A stretch of DNA of 64,000 nucleotides from Deltaproteobacteria bacterium (lineage in GTDB: Bacteria; Desulfobacterota; Desulfobaccia; Desulfobaccales; 0-14-0-80-60-11): assembly GCA_030018495.1 (NCBI GenBank), contig JASEFS010000005.1, forward strand, positions 11,153-75,152, written 5' to 3'. Of this stretch, positions 35,127 to 44,182 are shown in pieces. Numbering within the stretch: the first letter of the stretch is position 1; each line of letters starts with the position of its first letter. Under the pieces are notes generated by a model. That model worked only from the letters and a program-made list of their open reading frames with translations, was not told the origin of the DNA and ran no database searches. The position numbers and the translations under genes are program-made.

Positions 35127-35558
35127 CTATCCAGGGGGAATCGGCTTCCCCCTCCGTTTATGCTGTTCAGTTTTCCATAATGTCCAGGCATAGAGGCCCA
35201 GGTTCACGCTCAGCACCAGAAAGCCAAGAAAGATCTGCAAGTTGCGTGTGAGGGCAGCGGGATACAATAGTGGAAGGACATAATACTCGATGAAGTCGGT
35301 TCGATAAGCAAGCCCCCCACCTTTCTCCCGCAGCCAGATTTCAAGAGGAGTGAGCGGGCACACCCAGCCGGCAAGTTCGGCGAGCGCCCCCCATAAGAAG
35401 GCCGGTATATGGATCCAGGCCAAGCTGCGCCACTTGAGCACCAGGACCCCTCCGAAGATTACGAAGAGAACAAAAGCAAAGTGGGCTATTATGACGAAAT
35501 TCGCCAGGGTTTGATATATCATCCCGGTCATCCCACGTCTGGTCTTAACCGGCTGCAT
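35127..35558 (-). CDS. DUF2784-like small membrane protein
   Basis: It has four hydrophobic helices. LAWIHIPAFLWGALAELAGWVCPLTPLE matches my memory of DUF2784. The start is uncertain (M1, M10 or M13). Confidence 0.55.
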   Translation of the reverse strand: MQPVKTRRGMTGMIYQTLANFVIIAHFAFVLFVIFGGVLVLKWRSLAWIHIPAFLWGALAELAGWVCPLTPLEIWLREKGGGLAYRTDFIEYYVLPLLYPAALTRNLQIFLGFLVLSVNLGLYAWTLWKTEQHKRRGKPIPPG

Positions 35559-35719
35559 GAGGCCCGGAAGAGCGAGTTTGCCCGGCTGGATACGGGAGAG
35601 GGAAGCGGCTCTTGGGCTGCCCCTGGGGAGGAATCCGTTTGCAGCGATGATGCAACTTTGGCTATCTAACGGCCAAAGAAAAAGCGTAATCTTAATGATT
35701 ACGCTTGGTTAAGCAATCA

Positions 35720-35805
35720 TGGTGCCGAAGGCGGGATTTGAACCCGCACGGGTCTCCCCACCACCCCCTCAAGATGGCGTGTCTACCAGGTTCCACCACT
35801 TCGGC
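35720..35805 (-). tRNA. tRNA-Leu (anticodon GAG), long variable arm
   Basis: The reverse complement is GCCGAAGTGGTGGAACCTGGTAGACACGCCATCTTGAGGGGGTGGTGGGGAGACCCGTGCGGGTTCAAATCCCGCCTTCGGCACCA. The anticodon loop is TTGAGGG. Confidence 0.9.
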
Positions 35806-35815
35806 ATAGGAGCGC

Positions 35816-36181
35816 TCATTTGGATGGGGCCGGCGCAGCCGGAGCCGGGGCGGGAGCCGCCGGTTGTTGCGGGGCTGCCGGCTTTTCCGGAGCGGCGGGC
35901 GCAGTCTGCTGGGCCGCCGGTCTTCGGCCTGCGTCCCGCATAATGGACGTCTCTTTCTGCTTGGTGAAAAAGGTCAGAGCCAGAGACGTGCACATAAACA
36001 AAATCGCCGCGGCGGCTGTGAGTTTGGCCAAAAACGGGGCGGCGCCGGTGCTGCCGAATACCGTCTGGCTGGAGCCCCCGAAGGCCGCGCCGATGCCGGC
36101 CCCTTTGCCGTGCTGGAGGAGCACGATAAAAATCAGGGCAAGACAGACGATAATGTGTACTATGATAACTGCGGTAGCCAT
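35816..36181 (-). CDS. secG: Preprotein translocase subunit SecG with Ala/Pro-rich C-terminal tail
   Basis: LLQHGKGAGIGAAFGGSSQTVFGS is the SecG signature. The last about 40 aa are low-complexity (PAAPQQPAAPAPAPAAPAPSK). Confidence 0.88.
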   Translation of the reverse strand: MATAVIIVHIIVCLALIFIVLLQHGKGAGIGAAFGGSSQTVFGSTGAAPFLAKLTAAAAILFMCTSLALTFFTKQKETSIMRDAGRRPAAQQTAPAAPEKPAAPQQPAAPAPAPAAPAPSK

Positions 36182-36291
36182 AACATTATAAATATAAATT
36201 AGTGATCAGAGGTAAGCAAGGGTTTTTCGCCTGCAATCCGGGCAAGCTCCATCTGAAAACTGATGCCTTTCAAAGGCCTGATAGCCGCCGC

Positions 36292-37047
36292 TCAGCCGGC
36301 GGCGTTGATGATTCCCAAAAAAGACGCGGCTTTCAAGGAGGCGCCGCCCACCAGGGCGCCGTTGATGTCGGGTTGCCCCATGAGTTCCCCGGCATTATCC
36401 GGGGTGACGCTGCCGCCGTAAAGGATGCGCAGGTCGGCCGCGCCGGCCACCTCCGGCAGCAGGCCCCGGATGAGCTTATGCACCTCCTGGGCCTGGTCCG
36501 GGGTCGCGGTTTTGCCGGTGCCGATGGCCCATACGGGCTCATAGGCGATCACCAGGCGCTCGCCCTGCCCGGGGGCGAGGGCGGCCAAGCCCTGGCGGAT
36601 TTGTTTTTCAACAACGGCAAAGGTGCGGCCCTGCTCCCGCTGCTCCAAGGTCTCCCCGACACAGACAATGGGAAAAAGGCCGGCTTCCAGGGCCGCCTTG
36701 ACCTTGCGGTTTACGGTCTCGTCGGTCTCACCGAAATACTGGCGCCGCTCGGAATGGCCGATAATGACGTAGTGGCAGCCCACATCGGTCAGCATGAGCG
36801 GCGAAATGGCTCCGGTATAGGCTCCCTGCTTTTCCCAAAAGACCTCCTGGGCCGCAAGTTTTATGGGCGAGCCGGCGATTTCATCAGCCACCGCGGCCAA
36901 GGCCGTGTAGGGCGGCGCCACGGCCACTTCCACACCCCGGGAAGGGCTCAGACCCTGGCGGATCTCCCTGGCCAGGGCCCGCGCTTCAGGCACGGTTTTA
37001 TTCATTTTCCAGTTTCCGGCGATCAGGGGAGTCAATGCCTTGGTCAT
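36292..37047 (-). CDS. tpiA: Triosephosphate isomerase
   Basis: [18 protein letters not shown] and [11 protein letters not shown] are the catalytic motifs. Confidence 0.93.
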   Translation of the reverse strand: MTKALTPLIAGNWKMNKTVPEARALAREIRQGLSPSRGVEVAVAPPYTALAAVADEIAGSPIKLAAQEVFWEKQGAYTGAISPLMLTDVGCHYVIIGHSERRQYFGETDETVNRKVKAALEAGLFPIVCVGETLEQREQGRTFAVVEKQIRQGLAALAPGQGERLVIAYEPVWAIGTGKTATPDQAQEVHKLIRGLLPEVAGAADLRILYGGSVTPDNAGELMGQPDINGALVGGASLKAASFLGIINAAG

Positions 37048-38243
37048 GATTTCTTCCTGCTGGCCCAGTTTTCCAGGGCCTCGATGCCCGGCAGCTTTTT
37101 CCCTTCGAGAAGTTCGATAAACGCGCCGCCGCCGGTGGAGACATAGGAAAATTTCTGAAATTCTCCGGCCTTATGCAAAGCGACGTCGGTGTCGCCGCCG
37201 CCGACGATGGTCAAGGCGTACATATCCGCCACCTTGTGCACCATGGCCATGGTGCCCCGGCTGAAAGCATCATATTCAAAGGCCCCCATGGGGCCGTTCC
37301 AGACAATGGTCTTGGCGTTTTGCAGGGCTTCGCCGAACAAGGTCACCGTAGCCGGGCCGATGTCTGCAATGACCCAATAATCAGGCACTTCCTGCACCGG
37401 GCATATCTTGGTTTCGGCCCGTGGATCCAAGCGGTCCGCGACCACCACATCAACGGGCAGGTAAAACTTCACCCCTTTTTTCAACGCCTCGGACATGAGT
37501 TCCTTGGCAGTATCGATAAGACTGTCGTCCACCAGGGATTTGCCCACGCTGTAGCCTTGGGCCTTGAGAAAGGTGTTGGCCATGGCCCCGCCGATGATGA
37601 GCTTGTCCACGTGCTTCATCAGGTTGACCAGGGCGCCCAGTTTGCTGGAGATCTTCGCTCCGCCGATGAGCGCGGCCAACGGCCGGGCCGGGTCCTCCAT
37701 GGACTTGTGGAAGTAGAGCACTTCGTCCCGCATCAGAAAGCCCGCCACACAAACCGGCGCATAGCGGGTCACGGCATCCACCGAGGCATGGGCCCGGTGC
37801 GCCACGGCAAAGGCGTCGTTCACGTAAACGTCAATGCCTTTCATCAATTCCTTGGCGAATTCCGGGTCGTTTTTGGTTTCACCGGGGTGAAAGCGAAGGT
37901 TTTCCAGGAGAATAACATCCCTGGCCTTCATCCCCTTTTTCAGTTTATCGACTTCGGGGCCCACTACGTCCGGCGCCAGCTTGACTTTGCGGTGCAGCCG
38001 GTAAGCCAGGCGGCGGGCTACAGGGGCCATGGAGAATTCCTCCACCCGCTTGCCTTCGGGCCGCCCCAGGTGAGAGGCGATGATCACTTTGGCTCCCTCT
38101 TCCAGGCAGTAGTTCAGGGTGGGCAGGACAGCCCGGATACGGGTGTCGTCGGTGATGTTGCGGTGACGGTCCAGAGGCACATTGAAGTCCACCCGGATGA
38201 ACAGGGTCTTTCCTTTGATATCCACTTCATTAATGTATTTCAA
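37044..38243 (-). CDS. pgk: Phosphoglycerate kinase
   Basis: [17 protein letters not shown] and GGGDT...[10 protein letters not shown]-type motifs are present. It overlaps tpiA by 4 nt. Confidence 0.93.
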   Translation of the reverse strand: MKYINEVDIKGKTLFIRVDFNVPLDRHRNITDDTRIRAVLPTLNYCLEEGAKVIIASHLGRPEGKRVEEFSMAPVARRLAYRLHRKVKLAPDVVGPEVDKLKKGMKARDVILLENLRFHPGETKNDPEFAKELMKGIDVYVNDAFAVAHRAHASVDAVTRYAPVCVAGFLMRDEVLYFHKSMEDPARPLAALIGGAKISSKLGALVNLMKHVDKLIIGGAMANTFLKAQGYSVGKSLVDDSLIDTAKELMSEALKKGVKFYLPVDVVVADRLDPRAETKICPVQEVPDYWVIADIGPATVTLFGEALQNAKTIVWNGPMGAFEYDAFSRGTMAMVHKVADMYALTIVGGGDTDVALHKAGEFQKFSYVSTGGGAFIELLEGKKLPGIEALENWASRKKS

Positions 38244-38262
38244 AGGGACCTCCTTTAAAGGC

Positions 38263-38290
38263 GGTTTTCAGTTTCCAGTTTCCGGTTTTC
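38263..38290. repeat. Heptamer tandem array (GGTTTTC AGTTTCC AGTTTCC GGTTTTC)
   Basis: Four in-phase units lie in the gap-pgk spacer, 20 nt upstream of the pgk ATG. The array is the reverse-complement family of the array at 42955-42989. Confidence 0.85.
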
Positions 38291-38358
38291 GATGGAAAAA
38301 CAGACAAAATCAGCGATACCTCAGTGATGTTCAATATCAGGAAGAACCGCGCCCGCGT

Positions 38359-39369
38359 TCAGAGCATTCGGGCGAGATACACCGCCAGGTCCACCATGCG
38401 GTGGGAAAAGCCCATTTCATTGTCATACCATGCCATGACTTTGACCAGGTTGCCGCCCATGACATTGGTCAACTCCGCATCTACAGTGGCTGAATAGAAG
38501 GTGCTGTTGTAATCAATGGAGACCAGGGGCTCATTGGAGACGGCCAGGATGCCTTTCAAGTCACCCGCGGCCGCGGCCGCGAAGGCCTGGTTAACTTCGT
38601 CTATGGAGGTCGATTTTTTAACCAGCGCGGTAAAATCGATGATGGAGACATTGGGGGTGGGGACCCTGACCGCGACGCCGTCAAGGCGCCCTTTGAGCTC
38701 CGGAATTACCTCCGTCACGGCCCGGGCCGCGCCGGTGGAAGTGGGGACCATGGACATGGCCGCAGCCCGGGCCCGCCTGAGGTCGCTGTGAGAGCCGTCC
38801 AGCAGGCGCTGGTCCATGGTATAGGAGTGGGTGGTGGTCATAAGCCCGTGCTCGATGCCGAAGTTCTGGTGGAGAACTTTAACAACCGGGGCCAGACAGT
38901 TGGTGGTGCAGGAGGCGTTGGAGATCACGTCGTGTTTGGCCGGGTCATACAGGTGGTGATTGACGCCCATGACAAAGGTGCCGTCCAATTTCTTGCCGGG
39001 GGCGGAAAGCACCACTTTTTTGGCCCCGGCCCGGATATGCCCCTCCACGCTGGCCTTGTCCCGAAACGCGCCGGTGGACTCCAGGACCACCTGAATGCCG
39101 AACTCACGCCAGGGGAGTTTTTCCGGGAGGTCGTCCACCCGGAGAAGATGTATCTCCTTGCCGGCCACTACCAGGTTTTCGTTTTTGACTTCCACGCTGA
39201 GAGGAAAGGTCCCGTGTACGGAATCATATTTCAGCAGATGAGCATGGATCTCGGCAGGGGCGCGGCTGTTGATGGCCACCAGCTCCACGTCGATATCCTG
39301 GGTGAATATGATGCGGGCCAGGCACCGCCCGATGCGCCCGAAACCATTGATCGCCACTTTAACGGGCAT
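38359..39369 (-). CDS. gap: Type I glyceraldehyde-3-phosphate dehydrogenase
   Basis: VKVAINGFGRIGR and SNASCTTNCLAP are present. The start is set at the ATG after AAGGAGG (39369); the ORF track extends to 39399. Confidence 0.93.
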   Translation of the reverse strand: MPVKVAINGFGRIGRCLARIIFTQDIDVELVAINSRAPAEIHAHLLKYDSVHGTFPLSVEVKNENLVVAGKEIHLLRVDDLPEKLPWREFGIQVVLESTGAFRDKASVEGHIRAGAKKVVLSAPGKKLDGTFVMGVNHHLYDPAKHDVISNASCTTNCLAPVVKVLHQNFGIEHGLMTTTHSYTMDQRLLDGSHSDLRRARAAAMSMVPTSTGAARAVTEVIPELKGRLDGVAVRVPTPNVSIIDFTALVKKSTSIDEVNQAFAAAAAGDLKGILAVSNEPLVSIDYNSTFYSATVDAELTNVMGGNLVKVMAWYDNEMGFSHRMVDLAVYLARML

Positions 39370-39620
39370 TTGACCTCCTTGCTTCCGCCTCAATGCCAAA
39401 GCAGTTTATTGACCATTGTTTACACAAGTTTATGTTAATCGTATATATTTAGAGCGTCAACGGTTTTATCCGGGGGCGGGGGCTTTTCCCTTTCCGGTTT
39501 TTTTATCAGGAATTTTGTATTGGCGCAGAAGCTTAAGCCTTAGTATTGCGTATTTAGCAATTTCATATTTTAATATAAAAATTTTAACTTTCTGAATCAG
39601 AAAACCGAAAATCTTTTGAA

Positions 39621-40391
39621 ATGATCGCTTTTTTACGGTTACTCGGTCAGGGCGTTCTTGAGTTCCTGCAAGGCGTCGGCCATGTGACGCTGTTCCTTTT
39701 GGAGGGGCTGTATCTGGCCTTTGTGCCTCCGTTTCGGTTCCGGCGCATTTTGCGGGAAGTCTTTTTCATCGGCTTCAAATCCAGCGTCATCATTCTGCTC
39801 ACGGCCTCCTTCACCGGCATGGTCTTGGGATTGCAGGGCTACTACACCTTGAAGCAGTACGGCTCCGAAAGCGCCTTGGGCTCCGCGGTGGCTTTAAGCC
39901 TCATCCGGGAACTAGGGCCGGTGCTTACCGCGCTTATGGTCTCCGGCCGCGCCGGCTCGGCCATCACTGCGGAAGTGGGCATAATGCGCATCACCGAACA
40001 ACTGGACGCGCTGGATACCATGGCGGTAAACCCCATGCAGTACGTCATTATGCCCAAGCTGCTGGCCGGGCTTATTTCAGTGCCGCTGCTCACCGCCATG
40101 TTCGACGTTGTCGGCATCCTGGGAGGCTATGCGGTGGGGGTGATGATTTTGGGAGTCAGTTCAGGGGCCTACTTCTCCGGCATGGTGCAAAGCGTGGTTC
40201 CTCTGGACATCAACGGCGGCATCGTTAAATCCATAGTTTTTGGCCTCCTCATCATCCTGGTGGCTTGTTATAAGGGCTATTACACCGGGCGGGGGGCCGA
40301 AGGTGTCAGCAAGGCCACCACGGAAACCGTGGTGACCTCCGCGGTATTGGTCCTGGCCTGGGACTACATTCTCACGTCTTTTTTCATGTAG
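39621..40391 (+). CDS. mlaE: MlaE-type ABC transporter permease (phospholipid transport)
   Basis: 256 aa, polytopic. LIRELGPVLTALMVSGRAGSAITAE is the MlaE/Ttg2B signature. Confidence 0.85.
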   Translation: MIAFLRLLGQGVLEFLQGVGHVTLFLLEGLYLAFVPPFRFRRILREVFFIGFKSSVIILLTASFTGMVLGLQGYYTLKQYGSESALGSAVALSLIRELGPVLTALMVSGRAGSAITAEVGIMRITEQLDALDTMAVNPMQYVIMPKLLAGLISVPLLTAMFDVVGILGGYAVGVMILGVSSGAYFSGMVQSVVPLDINGGIVKSIVFGLLIILVACYKGYYTGRGAEGVSKATTETVVTSAVLVLAWDYILTSFFM

Positions 40392-40393
40392 CC

Positions 40394-41137
40394 ATGATCA
40401 AGCTTATCAAGGTTACCCGCAGCTTCAATGGTCAAAGAGTGCTGGACGGAGTCGACCTCGAAGTGCCCAAAGGCAAAATCACCGTAATTATGGGCAAAAG
40501 CGGAGCCGGCAAGAGCGTTCTGCTGAAGCATATCGCCGGCCTGATCAAACCTGATTCCGGCCAGATCATCATCGACGGCTTTGATATCACCCAAGCCACA
40601 GGGCGGGAATTGCAGGAATTCAAGAAACGTTTCGGCATTCTGTTTCAAGGCGGGGCCTTGTTCGACTCCCTTACCGTCTTTGAGAATGTGGCTTTTCCTC
40701 TGAGGGAAAAAACCCGCCTCAGCGAAGAGGAAATTAGGAAAAGGGTCAGGGAGCGTCTGGACCAGGTTGCCCTGCCGCCGGAAGTGGAGGAAAAATTTCC
40801 TGACGAGTTGAGCGGCGGTATGAAAAAAAGGGTGGCCTTGGCCCGGGCCCTGATTCAGGAGCCGGCCATTCTCCTTTTCGACGAGCCGGTCACGGGTCTT
40901 GACCCGCCTATGACCAACACCGTTTTTCATCTCATCAGCAAGACTCACGAGGAAATCGGTTACACCGGCGTGGTGGTGAGCCATGATATTCCGGAGGTGT
41001 TTCAAATAGCCGATCAGGTAGCCATGCTGCATCGCGGCCGCATCATTGCGGTCGGCACTCCTGAGGAAATTCAGCGCTTCCCCGACCCCGTGGTGCAAGA
41101 TTTTATCCATGGCGAGATAGACTATATGGAGGCGTAA
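40394..41137 (+). CDS. mlaF: MlaF-type ABC transporter ATP-binding protein
   Basis: Walker A is GKSGAGKS, the ABC signature is LSGGMKKRVALARAL, and Walker B is LLFDEP. Confidence 0.88.
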   Translation: MIKLIKVTRSFNGQRVLDGVDLEVPKGKITVIMGKSGAGKSVLLKHIAGLIKPDSGQIIIDGFDITQATGRELQEFKKRFGILFQGGALFDSLTVFENVAFPLREKTRLSEEEIRKRVRERLDQVALPPEVEEKFPDELSGGMKKRVALARALIQEPAILLFDEPVTGLDPPMTNTVFHLISKTHEEIGYTGVVVSHDIPEVFQIADQVAMLHRGRIIAVGTPEEIQRFPDPVVQDFIHGEIDYMEA

Positions 41138-41181
41138 GGGCTTTCAATTAAGGAAGACTCTACTCAAGCAAGAGCACTGAC

Positions 41182-41622
41182 ATGAAAAAGGCTAACATGG
41201 AAATCGGCGTGGGGATCTTTGTCCTGGTGGGCATTGCCTGCCTCACCTATCTGGCGGTCCATCTGGGAGCCTGGGATATGCTGGGACGGGGCTATAAGGT
41301 ATACGCCTACTTCGATAATATCTCCGGGCTCAAAGAGGGCTCTGCGGTGGAGGTCGCCGGGGTTGAAGTGGGCAAGGTGGAAAGGATCCAGGTGACGGAT
41401 GATTACCGGGCCAAGCTGACCATGACCATTCAAAAGGATATCGTCTTGCACGAGGATGCCATCGCCTCTGTCCGCACCAAAGGCATCATCGGCGATAAAT
41501 TTGTGAAGATCTCCCCCGGCTACGGAGAAAACAAAATTGCCCCTGGAGGAGTAATCAGGGAAACCGAGTCAGTCATCGAATTGGAGGAGCTCGTCAGCAA
41601 ATTCGTGCACGGCCAGATTTAG
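41182..41622 (+). CDS. mlaD: MlaD-type MCE-domain lipid-binding protein
   Basis: An N-terminal anchor is followed by FDNISGLKEGSAVEVAGVEVGKV (the MCE domain). Confidence 0.85.
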   Translation: MKKANMEIGVGIFVLVGIACLTYLAVHLGAWDMLGRGYKVYAYFDNISGLKEGSAVEVAGVEVGKVERIQVTDDYRAKLTMTIQKDIVLHEDAIASVRTKGIIGDKFVKISPGYGENKIAPGGVIRETESVIELEELVSKFVHGQI

Positions 41623-41818
41623 CAGGCTGGATCATTTGAGCCTGTAATGGGCGAGGTTGCTCTTTGCCACAAGACAACAATCTAATTTTTCGTGGCCAAA
41701 GGCAGTCAAACCAGCAGCCATTGACTTTCCGGTTTAAAACCTTATTTGGATAAACAGGGGAAAATTTCAGGCTGAACTCAGCCTGAGATTTTATCTGACA
41801 TGCCACAAGGAGCTTTTT

Positions 41819-42430
41819 ATGCAACGAACCGTCAGGGCAGTCCTTATAATGCTTTGTCTATCACTGATTTGGGCTGCGGGCGAGGCCAGGGCCGGCGCGC
41901 CCACTGAAGCTGTCAGGAGCATCGTGGACGAAGTAGTGCGGATTCTCAGCAATGCCAACCTTGAGAACCCTTCTGAGCGGCGCCAGGTGCGCCGGCGGGT
42001 GAAAGCGGTGGTGGACCGCCGCTTTGATTACGCTGAAATGGCCCAACGCAGTTTGGGCCCTACCTGGAATAAACTGAGCGCCTCCCAGCGTCAGGAGTTC
42101 ACGGAGTTGTTCGCGGAATTGTTGGAAGCTTCCTATTCCGACAAAATCGAAAAATACTCAGGGGAGACCGTCAGCTATGTGGGCGAAAACCAGGACGGCA
42201 AATACGCCGAAGTCCGCACCATGCTGGTCCGCCGCAATGACCGTATCCCGATAAATTACAAGCTCATCGATAAGTCCAACTGGGTAATCTATGATGTGGT
42301 GATTGAAGGGGTGAGTCAGGTGAACAATTACCGCTCCCAATTCCGCCGCATGCTCAGCCAGGGGTCCTATGCGGACTTGGTGCAGCGTCTGCGCACCAGG
42401 GTGAACGAGCTTCGCCATACCAGCAGCTGA
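41819..42430 (+). CDS. mlaC: MlaC/Ttg2D-type periplasmic phospholipid-binding protein
   Basis: It has a signal peptide. FDYAEMAQRSLGPTWNKLSASQRQEF...YRSQF is the MlaC family pattern. Confidence 0.8.
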   Translation: MQRTVRAVLIMLCLSLIWAAGEARAGAPTEAVRSIVDEVVRILSNANLENPSERRQVRRRVKAVVDRRFDYAEMAQRSLGPTWNKLSASQRQEFTELFAELLEASYSDKIEKYSGETVSYVGENQDGKYAEVRTMLVRRNDRIPINYKLIDKSNWVIYDVVIEGVSQVNNYRSQFRRMLSQGSYADLVQRLRTRVNELRHTSS

Positions 42431-42468
42431 TTGGGAAGAGGGGAGGGCGGGAGACCTCCCCTTGCGGG

Positions 42469-42936
42469 TCAAAATTCGTGGGGTTGGCCCTTCCGGTAGG
42501 CCAGGGCCTGGCAAGAGGCCACCAGGGCGCCGCTGGCGTCGGTGGCTTCGATGTGACAGGTGGCCAGGCGGCGGCTGGTATGGATTTCCCTGGCCGTGGC
42601 GGTAAGGCGCTCCCCCAGCTTGGGGGCCTGATGAAAGGTCAGGCTCATATTCAGGGCAACCGCCACCGTGCCGTGGGAGTTGACCGCGGCCTGAAAAACC
42701 TCGTCCATCAGGGCGAACAGCGCGGTGCCGTGGATCATCCCCATAATATTGTTCATATCCTCCCGGCAAACCATGCTGGCTTTGGCATAGCCGGCATCCA
42801 CCTCCTCCAGGACGATGCCGAAGCGCTCGGCGATTTTTTGGGCCGCGGCCCGCTGCCGCAATTTCTCCAGAAATTCCTTTCCTTCCTTCACGTCATCTTT
42901 CCTTTTCCCTCGGATTAATTCACCACAAAGACACAA
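42469..42936 (-). CDS. PaaI/hotdog-fold thioesterase
   Basis: NIMGMIHGTALFALMDEVFQAAV...RLATCHIEATD is a hotdog thioesterase pattern. The start is uncertain. Confidence 0.65.
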   Translation of the reverse strand: MCLCGELIRGKRKDDVKEGKEFLEKLRQRAAAQKIAERFGIVLEEVDAGYAKASMVCREDMNNIMGMIHGTALFALMDEVFQAAVNSHGTVAVALNMSLTFHQAPKLGERLTATAREIHTSRRLATCHIEATDASGALVASCQALAYRKGQPHEF

Positions 42937-42954
42937 AGCTAACTACATTGCGTT

Positions 42955-42989
42955 AAACTGAAAACTGAAAACGGAAAACTGAAAACTGC
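42955..42989. repeat. Heptamer tandem array (AAACTGA AAACTGA AAACGGA AAACTGA AAACTGC)
   Basis: Five in-phase units fill the spacer between the acyltransferase stop (42991) and the thioesterase start (42936). Confidence 0.9.
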
Positions 42990-42990
42990 A

Positions 42991-43848
42991 TTACAGTCCT
43001 TCGTATAATTCCGGATATTGATTTTTCCAGCGCCGATGGAGCCAAAGCCACTGGGAGGGCTCGGCCCGCACCCAGGCCTCCACGGCCAGACTCTGTTCCT
43101 GGAGGTGGCGCCGGATATCCGCCTCCGGGTCGCTGGTTTTGCGCATAGGGATGGGCGGAAAAAAGATCATCAAATGCCGGCCGTCCGGCAGGCGGCGGGA
43201 AAAAGACGGCAATACCGGAATATCCCGGCGGCGGGCCAGAATCGCGGCCACCGGTGTGGTGCGGGCCGGCTTGCCGAAGAAATCCACCAGCAAGCCCCCT
43301 TCGGAGGTGGTGTTCTGGTCGATGACGATGCCGACGACGCGGTTCTGCCTGAGATGCGCCAAAATGTCTTTCAACCCTTTTTGCTTGTTGATCATCCAGT
43401 TGCCGCCCCGTTGCCGGAGATACCGGGCCAGGCCCCGGGCCAGCGGCTGGTCCAGCTCCCGGGCCACCACCGCCACCGGGCGGTATTGCAGGCCGTAGCC
43501 CATGACCGTGTATTCCCAGTTGCCGGCATGCGCCGCGATGGCGATCAAGCCTCGGCCTTTCGCCAGGGCCTCTTCGTAATGCTCATTTCCCACGATTATG
43601 ACTTTTTTCTTCAGGTGCGACAAAGGAGCGAACATGAGCTCGGCCATTTCCCAGACAAAGCGCAGAAAGTGGCGAAAGACGTTCCGGGCAAGCCGTTCGC
43701 GTTCTTCGGGGCTCAGCTCCGCACCATAGGCAAAGGCCAGATTACGCCGGGCAATCTCCCGGTGGCGCCGGTCCAAGCGGTACCATAAATCCGCCAGGAA
43801 GTCGATCAGCAAGGCCGCGGCTTTCTGTACCATCCTTGACAACTTCAT
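42991..43848 (-). CDS. Lipid A biosynthesis (LpxL/HtrB-family) lysophospholipid acyltransferase
   Basis: 285 aa. IAAHAGNWEY is the HxxxxE-type acyltransferase motif. The overall family pattern fits. Confidence 0.75.
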   Translation of the reverse strand: MKLSRMVQKAAALLIDFLADLWYRLDRRHREIARRNLAFAYGAELSPEERERLARNVFRHFLRFVWEMAELMFAPLSHLKKKVIIVGNEHYEEALAKGRGLIAIAAHAGNWEYTVMGYGLQYRPVAVVARELDQPLARGLARYLRQRGGNWMINKQKGLKDILAHLRQNRVVGIVIDQNTTSEGGLLVDFFGKPARTTPVAAILARRRDIPVLPSFSRRLPDGRHLMIFFPPIPMRKTSDPEADIRRHLQEQSLAVEAWVRAEPSQWLWLHRRWKNQYPELYEGL

Positions 43849-43857
43849 TAAGATCCT

Positions 43858-43903
43858 GTAGGGGCCTGATTCATCAAGCCCTTTGGGCGCAATAATTCGC
43901 TAC
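43858..43903. repeat. REP doublet, second unit degenerate
   Basis: GTAGGGGCCTGATTCATCAAGCCC is followed after TTT by GGGCGCAATAATTCGCTAC, a decayed copy of GGGCGCAATAAATTGCGCCCCTAC. Confidence 0.65.
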
Positions 43904-44004
43904 AAAAAACCTCGAACAATCAATATGCTTTTATAAGAGAACCTTGGCATTCTCTAAAGCGGCTCAGCAGCGTTTGCCACTTTGGCGGAGGTCTCTTAAT
44001 CGAG

Positions 44005-44172
44005 TTAACGCTTTTTCGCTTTAGCCCCCGAAGGTTTGGCTGGGGCGGAAGGGGATTTGACCACCACCTTCCCTTTGCCCTTGTCCGGAGACAGTGAAAC
44101 AGATTTCAATGTGCAGGAGAATGCCGCCAGAGACAGGGCCAACACCAGGATGAGCCATCCTTTTGCACCCAT
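44005..44172 (-). CDS. Unlisted 55-aa putative lipoprotein ORF
   Basis: My manual translation is MGAKGWLILVLALSLAAFSCTLKSVSLSPDKGKGKVVVKSPSAPAKPSGAKAKKR. It has a signal peptide with a Cys at position 20. It starts 8 nt after the upstream glycosyltransferase stop. It falls below the 60-aa ORF-track cutoff. Confidence 0.4.
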   Translation of the reverse strand: MGAKGWLILVLALSLAAFSCTLKSVSLSPDKGKGKVVVKSPSAPAKPSGAKAKKR

Positions 44173-44182
44173 GGAAGTGCCC

